From: Planctomycetota bacterium
Lineage (GTDB): Bacteria > Planctomycetota > UBA8108 > SXIK01
Length of the DNA: 64,000 bases
NCBI GenBank assembly: GCA_965223265.1
Contig: OZ244999.1
Location: 3,936,001-4,000,000 of the forward strand
Direction: 5' to 3'
The position numbers and the translations under genes are program-made. This document shows, in pieces, positions 9,430 to 18,978 of this stretch; position 1 is the first letter of the stretch, and each line of letters opens with the position of its first letter. The notes under the pieces were generated by a model. The model searched no databases and was not told the origin of the DNA. It worked only from the letters and a program-made list of their open reading frames with translations.

Positions 9430-9717
9430 AGTTAATGATGGATCCAGGCCCGCGTCGACGAACGAGGGCCAAAAGAAAGCCTCTGCGATTCAAAAACGTT
9501 GATCGAGGAGGTCAGCCCCGCAGAGCAGGCTTGCGGGAGGATGCACCGAAAAAGCCACAAGTTTGAGCTACCGCGTTCCGATACACAGGACGTTAGCTTT
9601 TTCGGCCTGTTTGAGGTATAGAGCTGACTCAATCGGATTGGTTTGCGTCCGAGGCCGTTCGCCCTCGGCAGCGGACGCGCGACAGTTCTTTACCACAATT
9701 CCCTTGTGGAGGATTTC

Positions 9718-10047
9718 ATGCGTATCTTGAAAATTGCCGTCGTTCTCCTCGTGGGCGCCGGCTTCGTCGGCTGCAGCATCAGCCCACACATCGGTCCGGG
9801 TGGCGGCGGAATCTTCTCGGATTTCCACGTCCCCGCGATCTACGACAGCGTCAACCAGGTGGGCCCGGGAAGCAAGAACGGTTCGTCCGAACTGACGTCG
9901 TACTTGGGCCTCGTCAATCTCGGCGATGCCAGTATCTACACGGCCGCGAATAACGGCGGCATCTCAGAGATCAAAACAGTTGATCACCACTACACGAGCA
10001 TCCTCGGCATCGTTCAGACCTGGAAGACGAACGTCACCGGCGAATAG
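9718..10047 (+). CDS. TRL-like family small lipoprotein
   Basis: Lipobox FVGC, then KNGSSELTSYLGLVNLGDASIYTAANNGGISEIKTVDHHYTSILGI..TNVTGE, which fits the TRL-like family pattern. GGAGG SD before ATG 9718. Confidence 0.85.
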   Translation: MRILKIAVVLLVGAGFVGCSISPHIGPGGGGIFSDFHVPAIYDSVNQVGPGSKNGSSELTSYLGLVNLGDASIYTAANNGGISEIKTVDHHYTSILGIVQTWKTNVTGE

Positions 10048-10093
10048 CTCACCGGACGTTCAACCTTTCTTCGTCTGAAGGGCGATCGAACTG

Positions 10094-10133
10094 AAACGAG
10101 ATCAAGGCATCGGCTTTGGTCTCGTTTTTTTTT
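10094..10133 (+). terminator. Rho-independent terminator
   Basis: AAACGAGATCAAGGC-atcg-GCTTTGGTCTCGTTT hairpin followed by a T run, just downstream of the lipoprotein gene. Confidence 0.85.
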
Positions 10134-10639
10134 GCGCCGTTAGCTCGCGTTTAGCCGTTTCGCCTCGCTGTTCGCTCCGCACCGACGCCAGGGCGCGGTG
10201 AGGCGAAAACGAGCGCCCCCGGCGCGTCGAGGCCAACGAGCGGCCCAGGCGCGCGATCGCGCTGCGATCGATCGCAGCGTCCGAAGGCGGCAGACATCGG
10301 CACTCTTGGCACTCCTGAACAGGCGGCACCGGGCTCTTCTAAGCCGAGTGTGCGCTCGAAAGGCGACGCGGGCGCGAGCACCGTTCGCGGCCACACAACG
10401 CGTTACAGACGCCTCCCCCAACGACATGAGTGGACCGCTGCGTTTTGACCACCTCGCCTGTCGACGCCCACACGGTTCCTCGCAGACGAACGGCGACATG
10501 CGAATCCGCGCCGCCGCCGAATCAGAGGTCTGACAACTTGAGCTCGAAGAAAAATTCGCGACGTCAAAACACCGTCGACTGCGAAGGGGAGACGCCGAAG
10601 AAAAAAGAGCAGATGATGTCCCGGCCAAATGTCCGAGAT

Positions 10640-11025
10640 AAAAGAAGGGCGTCCCGGGCACGAATGCCCGGGACGATACGGAGGGTAAGAATGCGGGTCG
10701 CCCTAGTCAGGAACTAGGGCAGAAGGATATGGGGTATGGGGTCTATTTGTAGATGCGGTAACGGCTCACTCTCTTCTAAGAGCCAGCACCGCGGCTCAGC
10801 ACCGGTTCGGCACGAGAATCGGCGGAAACGATAGAGGCGTCCCCTCCCCACCTCCACCGCTCGCGCCGTACCGATACACCGAGCGTTCATTCGCTTGCTC
10901 TCCCCTTCAACACGCGAGCACCTCTTCATGTGCGCCGCGCTGGCCACTGCCGGACCTGGACCTCAGCGTGTGACCAGTTTGCAGTTTCGATCTTCTCTTC
11001 GGATTACCGGTCACTTCTGTTTCTG
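10640..11025 (-). ncRNA. Candidate unannotated small RNA (~385 nt)
   Basis: ORF-poor gap bounded by a sigma28-like promoter (11059-11033) and an 11-bp stem/UUCG-loop hairpin followed by CCCTTCTTTT (10675-10640). Internal 8-bp hairpin at 10700-10720. Confidence 0.4.
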
Positions 11026-11032
11026 CTCTGCA

Positions 11033-11078
11033 TATCGACAAGAACGCATCGCGACTTGAGACTTTTTTCAAAAAAAGT
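11033..11078 (-). promoter_or_regulatory. Sigma28(FliA)-like promoter with palindromic A/T tract
   Basis: TCAAG-N15-GTCGATA on the minus strand, preceded by the inverted repeat ACTTTTTT-CA-AAAAAAGT (11061-11078). Confidence 0.45.
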
Positions 11079-11269
11079 TCGAGCACCCACGCCACACAGC
11101 ACGGCGGTCGTTGTGTGAACGCGTCGTTCTCTCCGAATCGATCGCTCGTGGCAGGTCCGAGCTCGACGCGGAAAAGCGCTTGCCCTTGAAAACCGCTCAT
11201 GACACCTTTGGTGTCTCTGCGCTTTTTCGTCAGCCTCGTCTGAACTACGTGATCCGAAAGGAGCCCACG

Positions 11270-13312
11270 ATGCAGGCTAGTCGAGTGCGTTACGCTCTCT
11301 TTGCGCCGTGCCTTCTCGTCTGCGGCCTCTGGGCGGACGACAACCTGCCTAACCGCGATGACATTGCCACGTTGTTGGCGCAGCCAGTTCTTCCAGCAGG
11401 TCGTTCGCTGGAGGAAATTCGTGAATTCGCAAGGCCGAGAGTCCCCGTCATGTCGGCCTTCGGTTCGATCGACGAATGGACGGCTCGAGCCGAGCAGATT
11501 CGTCGAGACATGCTGGAGCGCGTGGTCTTCCGAGGCGACGCGAAGAAGTGGCGATCGGCACCAACGCAAGTTGCCTGGCTGGACTCGATCGAGGGTGGTC
11601 CAGGTTACACGATTCGCCGCTTGAGATATGAGGCGCTGCCCGGAATGTGGCTCCCCGCTCTAGTTTACCTCCCCACCTCTCTCGAGGGACGTGTGCCCGT
11701 TGTCCTGAACGTCAACGGCCACGAAACGAAGCTCGGCAAGGCGATCGCCTACAAGCAAATCCGCTGCATCAATCTAGCCAAGCGAGGAATGATCGCGTTC
11801 AATCCGGAGTGGCTGGGCATGGGGCAACTGAACCACGCGGACAATTCCCACTACCGTGCGAAGCAGTTGGACCTCTGTGGGTACAGCGGGTTAGCACCGT
11901 TCTACCTCGCGCTTGAAAAAGGGCTCGACGTGGCATTGTCTCTCGAAAATGCCGACCCCAAGCGCGTCGCCGTCGCCGGACTTTCAGGTGGCGGCTGGCA
12001 GACGGTCTTCCTCAGCTCACTCGACGAACGCGTGACGCTCGCCAATCCTGTCGCAGGGTACTCGAGCCTGCTCACGCGCATCGACGTGCCGGCAGATCTG
12101 GGAGATCCAGAACAAATGCCCACGGAGATGGCAACCGTAGCGGACTATTGCCATCTCACCGCCTTGATCGCTCCGCGACCGACGCTGTTGACTTACAACG
12201 AGTTCGATCAATGCTGTTTTGCAGCCGACGACGTGCTGCCGAAACTGCTTCAGGCTGCCGAGCCGGTCTATCAGCTCTTCGGCAAACGCTCCTCTCTGCG
12301 CACTCACGTCAACTACATCCCCGGTGACCACAACTTTGGACTCGACAACCGCTTGCAGCTCTATCGATTCCTACGCGATCACTTTTTCTCGGGGGAAGTG
12401 AGTGTTCCGCTCGAGGAGATCTCCTCTGAGGGCGAATTGAAGACGGCCGATGAGTTAGAGATTCCGCTGCCTCGCGAGAACCTCACATTCAATTCCTTGG
12501 CGAAACGACTGGCTGCCGACCTGCCGAAGCTCCCAGCTTTACCGACCTCGAGAGCTGCGGTTGCGGCATGGCAGACAGCTCGGCGCGCCCAACTGGCCGA
12601 ACTCGTGCGATGGTCCCGTGGCCAGATCGAGGCAAAGCCGGTCGGCCACGCGCGCACGGATGTCGCGCACTCGATCCGCTGGCAGTTGAAGTTCGGTTCG
12701 ACTTGGACCATACCAGCGACTGAACTGGGCGGTGGCAGCGCCGAGTCGACAGTGCTCCTCATGGCGGATCAAGGTCGCAAGACGACTGCAGCCCAGGTGG
12801 CGACGCTTCTCTCGATGGGGCACCGCGTCATCGCGCTGGATCCACTCTTCATCGGTGAGTCCGTTCCTGGCGAGAAGGCCCCACTTCTCAGTCTCCTGCT
12901 GTCATGCGTCGGCTCGCGTCCCCTTGGCGTTCAGGCGAGTCAAGTTGGCGGTATCGCACGGTGGGCCCGAAAAGACGCCGATCACCCAGTCTACATCCAC
13001 GCCAACGGACCGCGCACGTCGCTCGTGGCGCTGGTCGCTGCCGCACTAGAACCTACAGCGATCGCTGGGTTGAGTCTGAAACAATCGCTCGGAAGTTTGA
13101 AAGACACCATCGAGCAGAACTTGTCAGTCACGCAGGCCCCCGAGCTTTTCTGCTTCGGGCTGCTCGAACATTTCGACATCAAACAACTGACGGCCCTGGT
13201 CGCACCAAGGAAAGTCAAATTCGACTCACCGAGCAATCGTGTGCGCCGCGACCTGGCCGGCTTGGCAAAGTTTTACGGTTTGAACGGCGTCGATTTTGAT
13301 CCCGTTCGATAG
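11270..13312 (+). CDS. Secreted alpha/beta hydrolase (acetylxylan esterase-like, two-domain)
   Basis: Signal peptide, VVLNVNGH, nucleophile motif GLSGGG, ALIAPRP, GDHNF. AAGGAG SD before ATG 11270. Confidence 0.85.
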   Translation: MQASRVRYALFAPCLLVCGLWADDNLPNRDDIATLLAQPVLPAGRSLEEIREFARPRVPVMSAFGSIDEWTARAEQIRRDMLERVVFRGDAKKWRSAPTQVAWLDSIEGGPGYTIRRLRYEALPGMWLPALVYLPTSLEGRVPVVLNVNGHETKLGKAIAYKQIRCINLAKRGMIAFNPEWLGMGQLNHADNSHYRAKQLDLCGYSGLAPFYLALEKGLDVALSLENADPKRVAVAGLSGGGWQTVFLSSLDERVTLANPVAGYSSLLTRIDVPADLGDPEQMPTEMATVADYCHLTALIAPRPTLLTYNEFDQCCFAADDVLPKLLQAAEPVYQLFGKRSSLRTHVNYIPGDHNFGLDNRLQLYRFLRDHFFSGEVSVPLEEISSEGELKTADELEIPLPRENLTFNSLAKRLAADLPKLPALPTSRAAVAAWQTARRAQLAELVRWSRGQIEAKPVGHARTDVAHSIRWQLKFGSTWTIPATELGGGSAESTVLLMADQGRKTTAAQVATLLSMGHRVIALDPLFIGESVPGEKAPLLSLLLSCVGSRPLGVQASQVGGIARWARKDADHPVYIHANGPRTSLVALVAAALEPTAIAGLSLKQSLGSLKDTIEQNLSVTQAPELFCFGLLEHFDIKQLTALVAPRKVKFDSPSNRVRRDLAGLAKFYGLNGVDFDPVR

Positions 13313-13381
13313 CCGACAGCCCTGACCCAAACAGGTCCTTCCGTCCGATGGGTGGGGCGAGTCTCGAAGTGAGCGCGCTCG

Positions 13382-13873
13382 TTACGGCGACACGCGCGTC
13401 AAGCCGTCGCTTGCATCCAGGCGGCGCCCATTCATCATGCCCCACAGATCGACCCGCCAGCCTTCGTCCTCCCAAACAAAGAGGACGTACGCCTCGAAGC
13501 GCAGCCGTTCATGCTTGCCCTGCACGTAGACACGCGCTCTCTCATCAAACTCTTCGGGCTCGGCGCGGCGATGCAGCGCGCCGACGATCAAATCGTACAG
13601 CGGCAAACCTGAAACCGGGTCTTCCCAATACTTGATCCCAAGCCCGAGAAGCCTCGAGCCTGTGATCTGCAGGCGATCACGAGACTCCTTGGAAATACTC
13701 TCGTAGACGTAGTCCCACTGCTCAGTCTCGACCGCGTAAACAAAACTGCTCAACGCCTCGCGGACGTACTCGCGGCTGAAGTACTTCTCGGCCGGCGGCG
13801 CGTTCGTGCAGCACCCCCCCAAGACTCCTAGAGCGAGTACGAACATCGTTCGCACGGCGGTTTGGCCCGTCAT
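13382..13873 (-). CDS. Hypothetical lipoprotein (NTF2-like/DUF4878-like C-terminus possible)
   Basis: Lipobox VLGGC, then AVETEQWDYVYESISKESR and LFVWEDEGWRVD. GAGGGG SD. Confidence 0.7.
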   Translation of the reverse strand: MTGQTAVRTMFVLALGVLGGCCTNAPPAEKYFSREYVREALSSFVYAVETEQWDYVYESISKESRDRLQITGSRLLGLGIKYWEDPVSGLPLYDLIVGALHRRAEPEEFDERARVYVQGKHERLRFEAYVLFVWEDEGWRVDLWGMMNGRRLDASDGLTRVSP

Positions 13874-13900
13874 AGTCCCCCTCTGCGCGCGCCCTTCGCG

Positions 13901-14413
13901 CTATCGATCCTGCGGCGCGAATTCGTTCAGGTTTGTGCTCGTCACGATCGGGCCGACGCTACGAATCTCGCCGTCGCGCACCAGCTCCCAAAGCTGCACG
14001 TCGCCGGTACGTCGGTTGCACACCCAGACGATACTGTGCCAATTGCGATCGCTTAGAACATAACTCGTATCTTCGGGCGGGAACGCCCGCTGATCGATAC
14101 GCGCCACTCTCGATTTCTGTACAGTCATGAACTCATTGTTGATGAACTCGTAGTTCACCATGCGCCCGCTGTCTCGATTGACGACCCAAACCGTGCGGCG
14201 CGACGGAAGAAACAGATAGTCTCCGTCGCCCAGATCATTGAGCGCCTGGGCATTGAGCGACGGGAAGAGAAGGCTCGAAAGTTCACTGTGATACGGGCCC
14301 GCCGCACGATCGGAGTCGACGTAACGCGTCACCGCGTGGCCAGCGAGAAAAACGCCCAGCAGAACGCCCCAGAGACCGATTCGACGCCAGCGGAGTCCAC
14401 TCAAACTTTCCAT
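13901..14413 (-). CDS. Hypothetical exported protein with an internal two-fold beta repeat
   Basis: N-terminal TM/signal. Repeats VWVVNRDSGRMVNYEF and VWVCNRRTGDVQLWEL. Overlaps the upstream gene by 13 nt. Confidence 0.75.
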   Translation of the reverse strand: MESLSGLRWRRIGLWGVLLGVFLAGHAVTRYVDSDRAAGPYHSELSSLLFPSLNAQALNDLGDGDYLFLPSRRTVWVVNRDSGRMVNYEFINNEFMTVQKSRVARIDQRAFPPEDTSYVLSDRNWHSIVWVCNRRTGDVQLWELVRDGEIRSVGPIVTSTNLNEFAPQDR

Positions 14414-15039
14414 TCCTCACCGTCCTCATCATCGTCTTCGATTTCATCGTCGAAACAACCGAGATCACCGAGAAACGATTGTTCTTCTTCGTCTCCCTCA
14501 GGGCAGAAATCGAAGTCCATTTCGTCGATCGTTTGCGAGAACGCTCCTTCGGCGAGAACGCCCCCACCCAATTGGCCAGAACTCAATGACCCCTCGACGT
14601 CGTCGGCGATGTTCGTCACGTCTGGCACGCGCTCAAAAACCTCGCTGGTGACGAAGAGGTCGACCTTGTTCTTCAGCGCCATAACGAAACAATCGCTGGG
14701 ACGCGCGTCGATCCGCACCTCGTTACGCTTTGAGCTAAGCTCGCCCCCATTCTCCTCCATCGGTTGGGAAAGTATCAGCGTGGCGCAAAAGGTGTTCTCG
14801 ATGATGCTTGAGATGATCACTTGCTTGATCTTGACGTCGAACCCCAAAAAGACGTTCTGAATCAACTCATGCGTCAAGGGTCGAGCTGGAACCTCTTTGT
14901 TGATCTCACGGATGAGAGCGGCGGCCTCGTAAAAGCCGATAAAAATAACGAAGGTCTTCTTGTCGTTGCCGAGAAGCACGGCGGCACCACTCGGCGTTGG
15001 ACCGATAATTCGTTTGATTTTGACCTTCTCTAAGTCCAC
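14401..15039 (-). CDS. Bifunctional nuclease family protein (DUF151) with acidic C-terminal tail
   Basis: FVIFIGFYEAAAL, ARPLTHELI, FCATLIL and IDARPSDCFVMAL motifs. Confidence 0.92.
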   Translation of the reverse strand: MDLEKVKIKRIIGPTPSGAAVLLGNDKKTFVIFIGFYEAAALIREINKEVPARPLTHELIQNVFLGFDVKIKQVIISSIIENTFCATLILSQPMEENGGELSSKRNEVRIDARPSDCFVMALKNKVDLFVTSEVFERVPDVTNIADDVEGSLSSGQLGGGVLAEGAFSQTIDEMDFDFCPEGDEEEQSFLGDLGCFDDEIEDDDEDGEEWKV

Positions 15040-15310
15040 GGGTGCTTCAATTCCGTCTTTTCGTGGCTGTTTCCGTGCGCTGCGGTGAAATCCGCTCGCG
15101 CGCCAGGTCCCCTCGACTGCACGTTCTAGGTTCCGCTGACCCGCGTCAGCTGCAGTTGCATCGGTTGAAAGTGACGTCGAACCTTAATTCCAGTTAACAG
15201 CCTGCCTGAAAAAGTGCTTCTCAGTCAGGGCGAACGCCACTGCGGTCGAAGATCTCCGCACGTCGTGTTTCGGGCAGACTGCGAACAGATTAACGCCGGT
15301 CGCTGGGCGA

Positions 15311-15736
15311 TTACCACCCTAACTGCTCGAACGTGTCTCCAAGCTGCTCGAAGGAGGTCTCGCCGATAAAGATCGATTGCATATCCTCCAGCACCTCGCC
15401 TGGCCCACTTTCCATGTGGAGCAGTGTCTTCGTCGACCACATGAACTCGTTGACCTGAAATCGAAACGACGTACCGGGAAAGCTCCCGCAACCGCTGAGA
15501 CCAAGAAGAGCGGCGATGACTCCAACGCCGAGCACGGCGCGCGAACCAAGCAGGATCCGACGCACCCGGGCGCGGGCCTGATCCCGACGGAAGAGCAGCC
15601 AGAGCGCGGCGAACGCGCTGTAGACGCCCTCCCACAGCACCGAAGCGACCAGCAAGGGAGCACTGATCCAGAACCCACACCACCGGGGCAGCCAACCATT
15701 TCGTTTTCCGGTAACGTTCGGCGCTAAGCTCTTCAT
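15311..15736 (-). CDS. Hypothetical membrane/lipoprotein
   Basis: Two hydrophobic segments and a lipobox-like LLGLSGC. Co-oriented within the minus-strand cluster. Start uncertain. Confidence 0.55.
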   Translation of the reverse strand: MKSLAPNVTGKRNGWLPRWCGFWISAPLLVASVLWEGVYSAFAALWLLFRRDQARARVRRILLGSRAVLGVGVIAALLGLSGCGSFPGTSFRFQVNEFMWSTKTLLHMESGPGEVLEDMQSIFIGETSFEQLGDTFEQLGW

Positions 15737-15974
15737 GGCAAAATCGGTCTTGAACTCGCCTGACAAAATCAGCGGCAATGAGTCGTCCTGCGAAAGCTAA
15801 ATACCTACGGGAGCAAACGTTAAAACCGCTGACAACCTGCCGGCGTGATCAGCTGATTTGCTCTTGCTCCCGTTCACATCCTTCGGCAAGAATCTCCCTT
15901 CTCGTGGAATGAGTCTACTGCACACCCCAGGCATTCACAAGTTTAGCGGTGCCGACGGGGCTGCCCGCGTAGCG

Positions 15975-17093
15975 TCAGGTCAACACGGATTCGTGCAGCG
16001 CGGCGATCGCGGCCGCCGCTCTCGACCATGTGAACCCAAGCGCACGCTCGCGACCGGCTCGAACCCGCGCCTCGACCGCCCCGCCACCGCTGAGAATCTC
16101 GCGCAGATGCGACTCAAGGCACCTCGAGTCGTCGGGCTCAGCGATCCACGCCGACGTTCCAGCCGTTTCCGCCAGTGCTCCGCGACGAGCGACGAGAACC
16201 GGCGTGCCGACCGACTGCGCTTCCAAAACGGTCAGTCCGAATCCTTCGTAGTGTGATAGCTGCAGGACGCACTCCGCTTGTGCCATAGCCGCCCAAAGCT
16301 CTCCGCGAGGTAGATAGCCCGCGACAACGACACGCGGTGAAGAGGACGCGGCCCGCTGCGTTGCGCTCCCCTCCCAGCCAAAGTCCGGCGCCCCGGCTAA
16401 GACAAGACGAAGCTGTGGCCAATCCGCCGCGACGCTGTGAAACGTAGCGATGACGGTGTCGAGATTCTTCCGCGGACAAAGCGCGCCTGCCGCCATGATA
16501 AAGGGCGGACGTATACCTCGCGCGGAGAGCGCGTTGAGAAGTTCGCTTCGGATGAGATCCGCGTCCGCGGGCACGTCGAGACCCGGAGGAATGACTTCAA
16601 CTCGACTCGCTGAGCCGAATCGTTCCAACACGGCCTGGCGAATCGTTTCAGCGAGCGTCACGATGACATCGGCGCGACCGACGATCTGTTCGTACGCGGC
16701 CGCCTTACGACGCCGAAAACGTGAAGGCGAGAGATCGCGCTGCGAGGCAAGCGGCAACAATGAAAGCGTGTCAAAAATGGTCGCTACGAGCGGTCCGCTG
16801 TAGCGCGCGGGCAATCGTGTGTCGAGAAGATGAAGCAGCCGCACGTTGGACGCCAAACGGTAGCCAGAGCCGTACGCGCCCAAGCTCAAGCCTGGCAGTC
16901 GCCGTTTCAAAATCGTTCGACGACGCCAACGTCCGACAGGGTGAAGCAGTCGCACATCCTCCGTCGCATCATCGCCAGACGTCGTTCGATGCTGCATGTA
17001 GCCCCGGATCAGACCGAGACCGTATCGTGCGATGCCCGAAGGCTGGTCGCACATAAGACCGGAGACTTCGAATGCGATGGGTCGCACGAACAC
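15975..17093 (-). CDS. Glycosyltransferase family 4 (GT-B)
   Basis: SGIARY, ATIFDT, GALCPRKN and SHYEGFGLTVLEAQSVGTPV (EX7E motif). Confidence 0.93.
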   Translation of the reverse strand: MFVRPIAFEVSGLMCDQPSGIARYGLGLIRGYMQHRTTSGDDATEDVRLLHPVGRWRRRTILKRRLPGLSLGAYGSGYRLASNVRLLHLLDTRLPARYSGPLVATIFDTLSLLPLASQRDLSPSRFRRRKAAAYEQIVGRADVIVTLAETIRQAVLERFGSASRVEVIPPGLDVPADADLIRSELLNALSARGIRPPFIMAAGALCPRKNLDTVIATFHSVAADWPQLRLVLAGAPDFGWEGSATQRAASSSPRVVVAGYLPRGELWAAMAQAECVLQLSHYEGFGLTVLEAQSVGTPVLVARRGALAETAGTSAWIAEPDDSRCLESHLREILSGGGAVEARVRAGRERALGFTWSRAAAAIAALHESVLT

Positions 17094-17118
17094 CTCTCAC
17101 GCGCACAACGATGAAGAG

Positions 17119-18159
17119 TCAGTGGCTCGACACTTGATGCGGATCCGAGGCGCTATTTGCTCCCTCGCCTCGAGCATCGCCGTCTGAGTCAGCGATCTTC
17201 ACCGCTTCGCGCACAGAAGTTCGCCTACGGAGATAGAGAAGACAACCAATCCCAGCCCAGGCGAAATATACGACACGCAGCACAACGAGCACCAAGCCGC
17301 CGCGTGACATTCCGCACCGTGCAAACAGGTAGTCGCAGGCCGCTTCGCCCGTGCCAATGGCCCCAGGAGTGATCGGCACCGCCATCGCCACGTTGGCCAA
17401 AGGCACGACGACAAAGAACGACGCGATCGGCAGCTCACCAGGAATGAGCGCTGCAGCGGCGCAGTACATCGCGAGGATGACGCAGACGTGCAGCATGGCC
17501 GTAAGGACGAAGGCGCCCCCAAGAATCCGCGGGTGTTGGCGGTACACAAGCAGCGCCTCGCGAAACTTCAGGAGGAGATCGCGCCCCGGAAGGCGCGCTC
17601 CCCAGCCGCGGCGCTCGAGGAACGATTGGACGCGACGGGAATAAAAGAGCGCGCCACCCACGACCCCACACGCTAGCAGCCCGGCCGTAGCCGCTACAAA
17701 CGCCCTGATCGGCGAACCTGGGCCGACGGCATTCCAGTTGTACGCACCCGCAATCACCGCGATCACGAGCAACACGCCGAGTCCGAACGCACGGTCAAAA
17801 ATCACAGAGATCACCGCGGCACTGCGTCGCGTGGGATTCTCCATCGCCACGACATATGCCTTCACCGTGTCACCGCCGACGATGCCAAGCATCACTTGAC
17901 TGAAAAAAAATCCGATCAGCGTCAGTACATAGGACTCTGAAAACGAGTAGCGGATTCCCTGCGCCCGAAGAAAGAGTTGCCATCGCCACGCCGCGGCGAC
18001 CAAAACGACGCCAACCAGCGCGCAGCTCGCCACCACCCACTGCCACCTCTCTCGAATCGAGAGGATCCTCGAGAATTCGAGTCGACCAGAGGAGACAAGC
18101 CAAGTCACCAGAAGCGCTGCAAGAATCAGCTTCGCGGCGGGAATTATGTAACGTTTCAC
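17119..18159 (-). CDS. Lysylphosphatidylglycerol synthase TM-domain / flippase-like protein (UPF0104)
   Basis: Multi-TM protein with AWRWQLFL, IGFFFSQVMLGIVGGDTVK, SVIFDRAFGL and VPITPGAIGTGE. Confidence 0.9.
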   Translation of the reverse strand: MKRYIIPAAKLILAALLVTWLVSSGRLEFSRILSIRERWQWVVASCALVGVVLVAAAWRWQLFLRAQGIRYSFSESYVLTLIGFFFSQVMLGIVGGDTVKAYVVAMENPTRRSAAVISVIFDRAFGLGVLLVIAVIAGAYNWNAVGPGSPIRAFVAATAGLLACGVVGGALFYSRRVQSFLERRGWGARLPGRDLLLKFREALLVYRQHPRILGGAFVLTAMLHVCVILAMYCAAAALIPGELPIASFFVVVPLANVAMAVPITPGAIGTGEAACDYLFARCGMSRGGLVLVVLRVVYFAWAGIGCLLYLRRRTSVREAVKIADSDGDARGEGANSASDPHQVSSH

Positions 18160-18220
18160 CCATCCATCCGGTCTGAAGGCCTGGTTGGCGCGGCCGCGTG
18201 ATTCGAGACGAAGTGTTAGG

Positions 18221-18922
18221 CTAGCCTTCGTTTATCGTCTCGGAAGCTGAGAACTTTTCATTGTAGTACTGTTGCCATCGCTCAATCTCGGCCGGCCCAT
18301 AATTCCTGCCGCTGAACGATTTCACCCCGCCATGGATTTTCAGGAGCATGGCATCGTAACGCTCGGTGTCATCGATCAACATCTCGAGAAGCACCTTCAG
18401 CGCAGCGTCAGGGCCGAGCGCGATGAGCGCGCTCACAATCTCGGTTTGCACCTCGGGTCTCTGCTCACGGCGCAGCTGCGCGATCACGGCCTCAGCGGCG
18501 AGTGGTGACGGGTTGCGCGCAAGCGCCTGAGCGGCGGTGAGACGTACCCACCAATGAGGCGAGCTGAGAGATTCTACGTAGAGGGGTGCCACTTGCGGCC
18601 TATGCAGTCGGCCCAGGGCCAGGAGCGCCTGCGCCTGAATATGGGGATTCTCGTCCTTTTGGACGATCTCCTGCAGAAACGCAACCGCCGCTTCGGCGCC
18701 CGCGTCATACGGGATGCCGGCTGCTTCGAGCGATTCGAGACGCTCGCCAATCGCGGCGATCGCCTCACGCATGTCCGCTGGATCCCCCCCTTCCGCTTCG
18801 ACGAGAAGATCAACGAGCGTTGCTTCGCAGCCGACCACTGAAGCGGCGACGCAAACCCACAGCGCGACGGTCCACGGAGGCATCGCGCCGAGAGTTCGAC
18901 GGATCAAGATTCGATAACGCAT
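18221..18922 (-). CDS. HEAT-repeat protein, probable lipoprotein
   Basis: Lipobox-like SVVGC, with HEAT units DENPHIQAQALLALG, SPHWWVRLTAAQAL and EQRPEVQTEIVSAL. Start uncertain (18883/18922/19003). Confidence 0.8.
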   Translation of the reverse strand: MRYRILIRRTLGAMPPWTVALWVCVAASVVGCEATLVDLLVEAEGGDPADMREAIAAIGERLESLEAAGIPYDAGAEAAVAFLQEIVQKDENPHIQAQALLALGRLHRPQVAPLYVESLSSPHWWVRLTAAQALARNPSPLAAEAVIAQLRREQRPEVQTEIVSALIALGPDAALKVLLEMLIDDTERYDAMLLKIHGGVKSFSGRNYGPAEIERWQQYYNEKFSASETINEG

Positions 18923-18978
18923 TGCAAAGCTTTCAGAAGTAACGCGGTGCACCGGGCGGTAACCGGCGCCCGTGTCGT

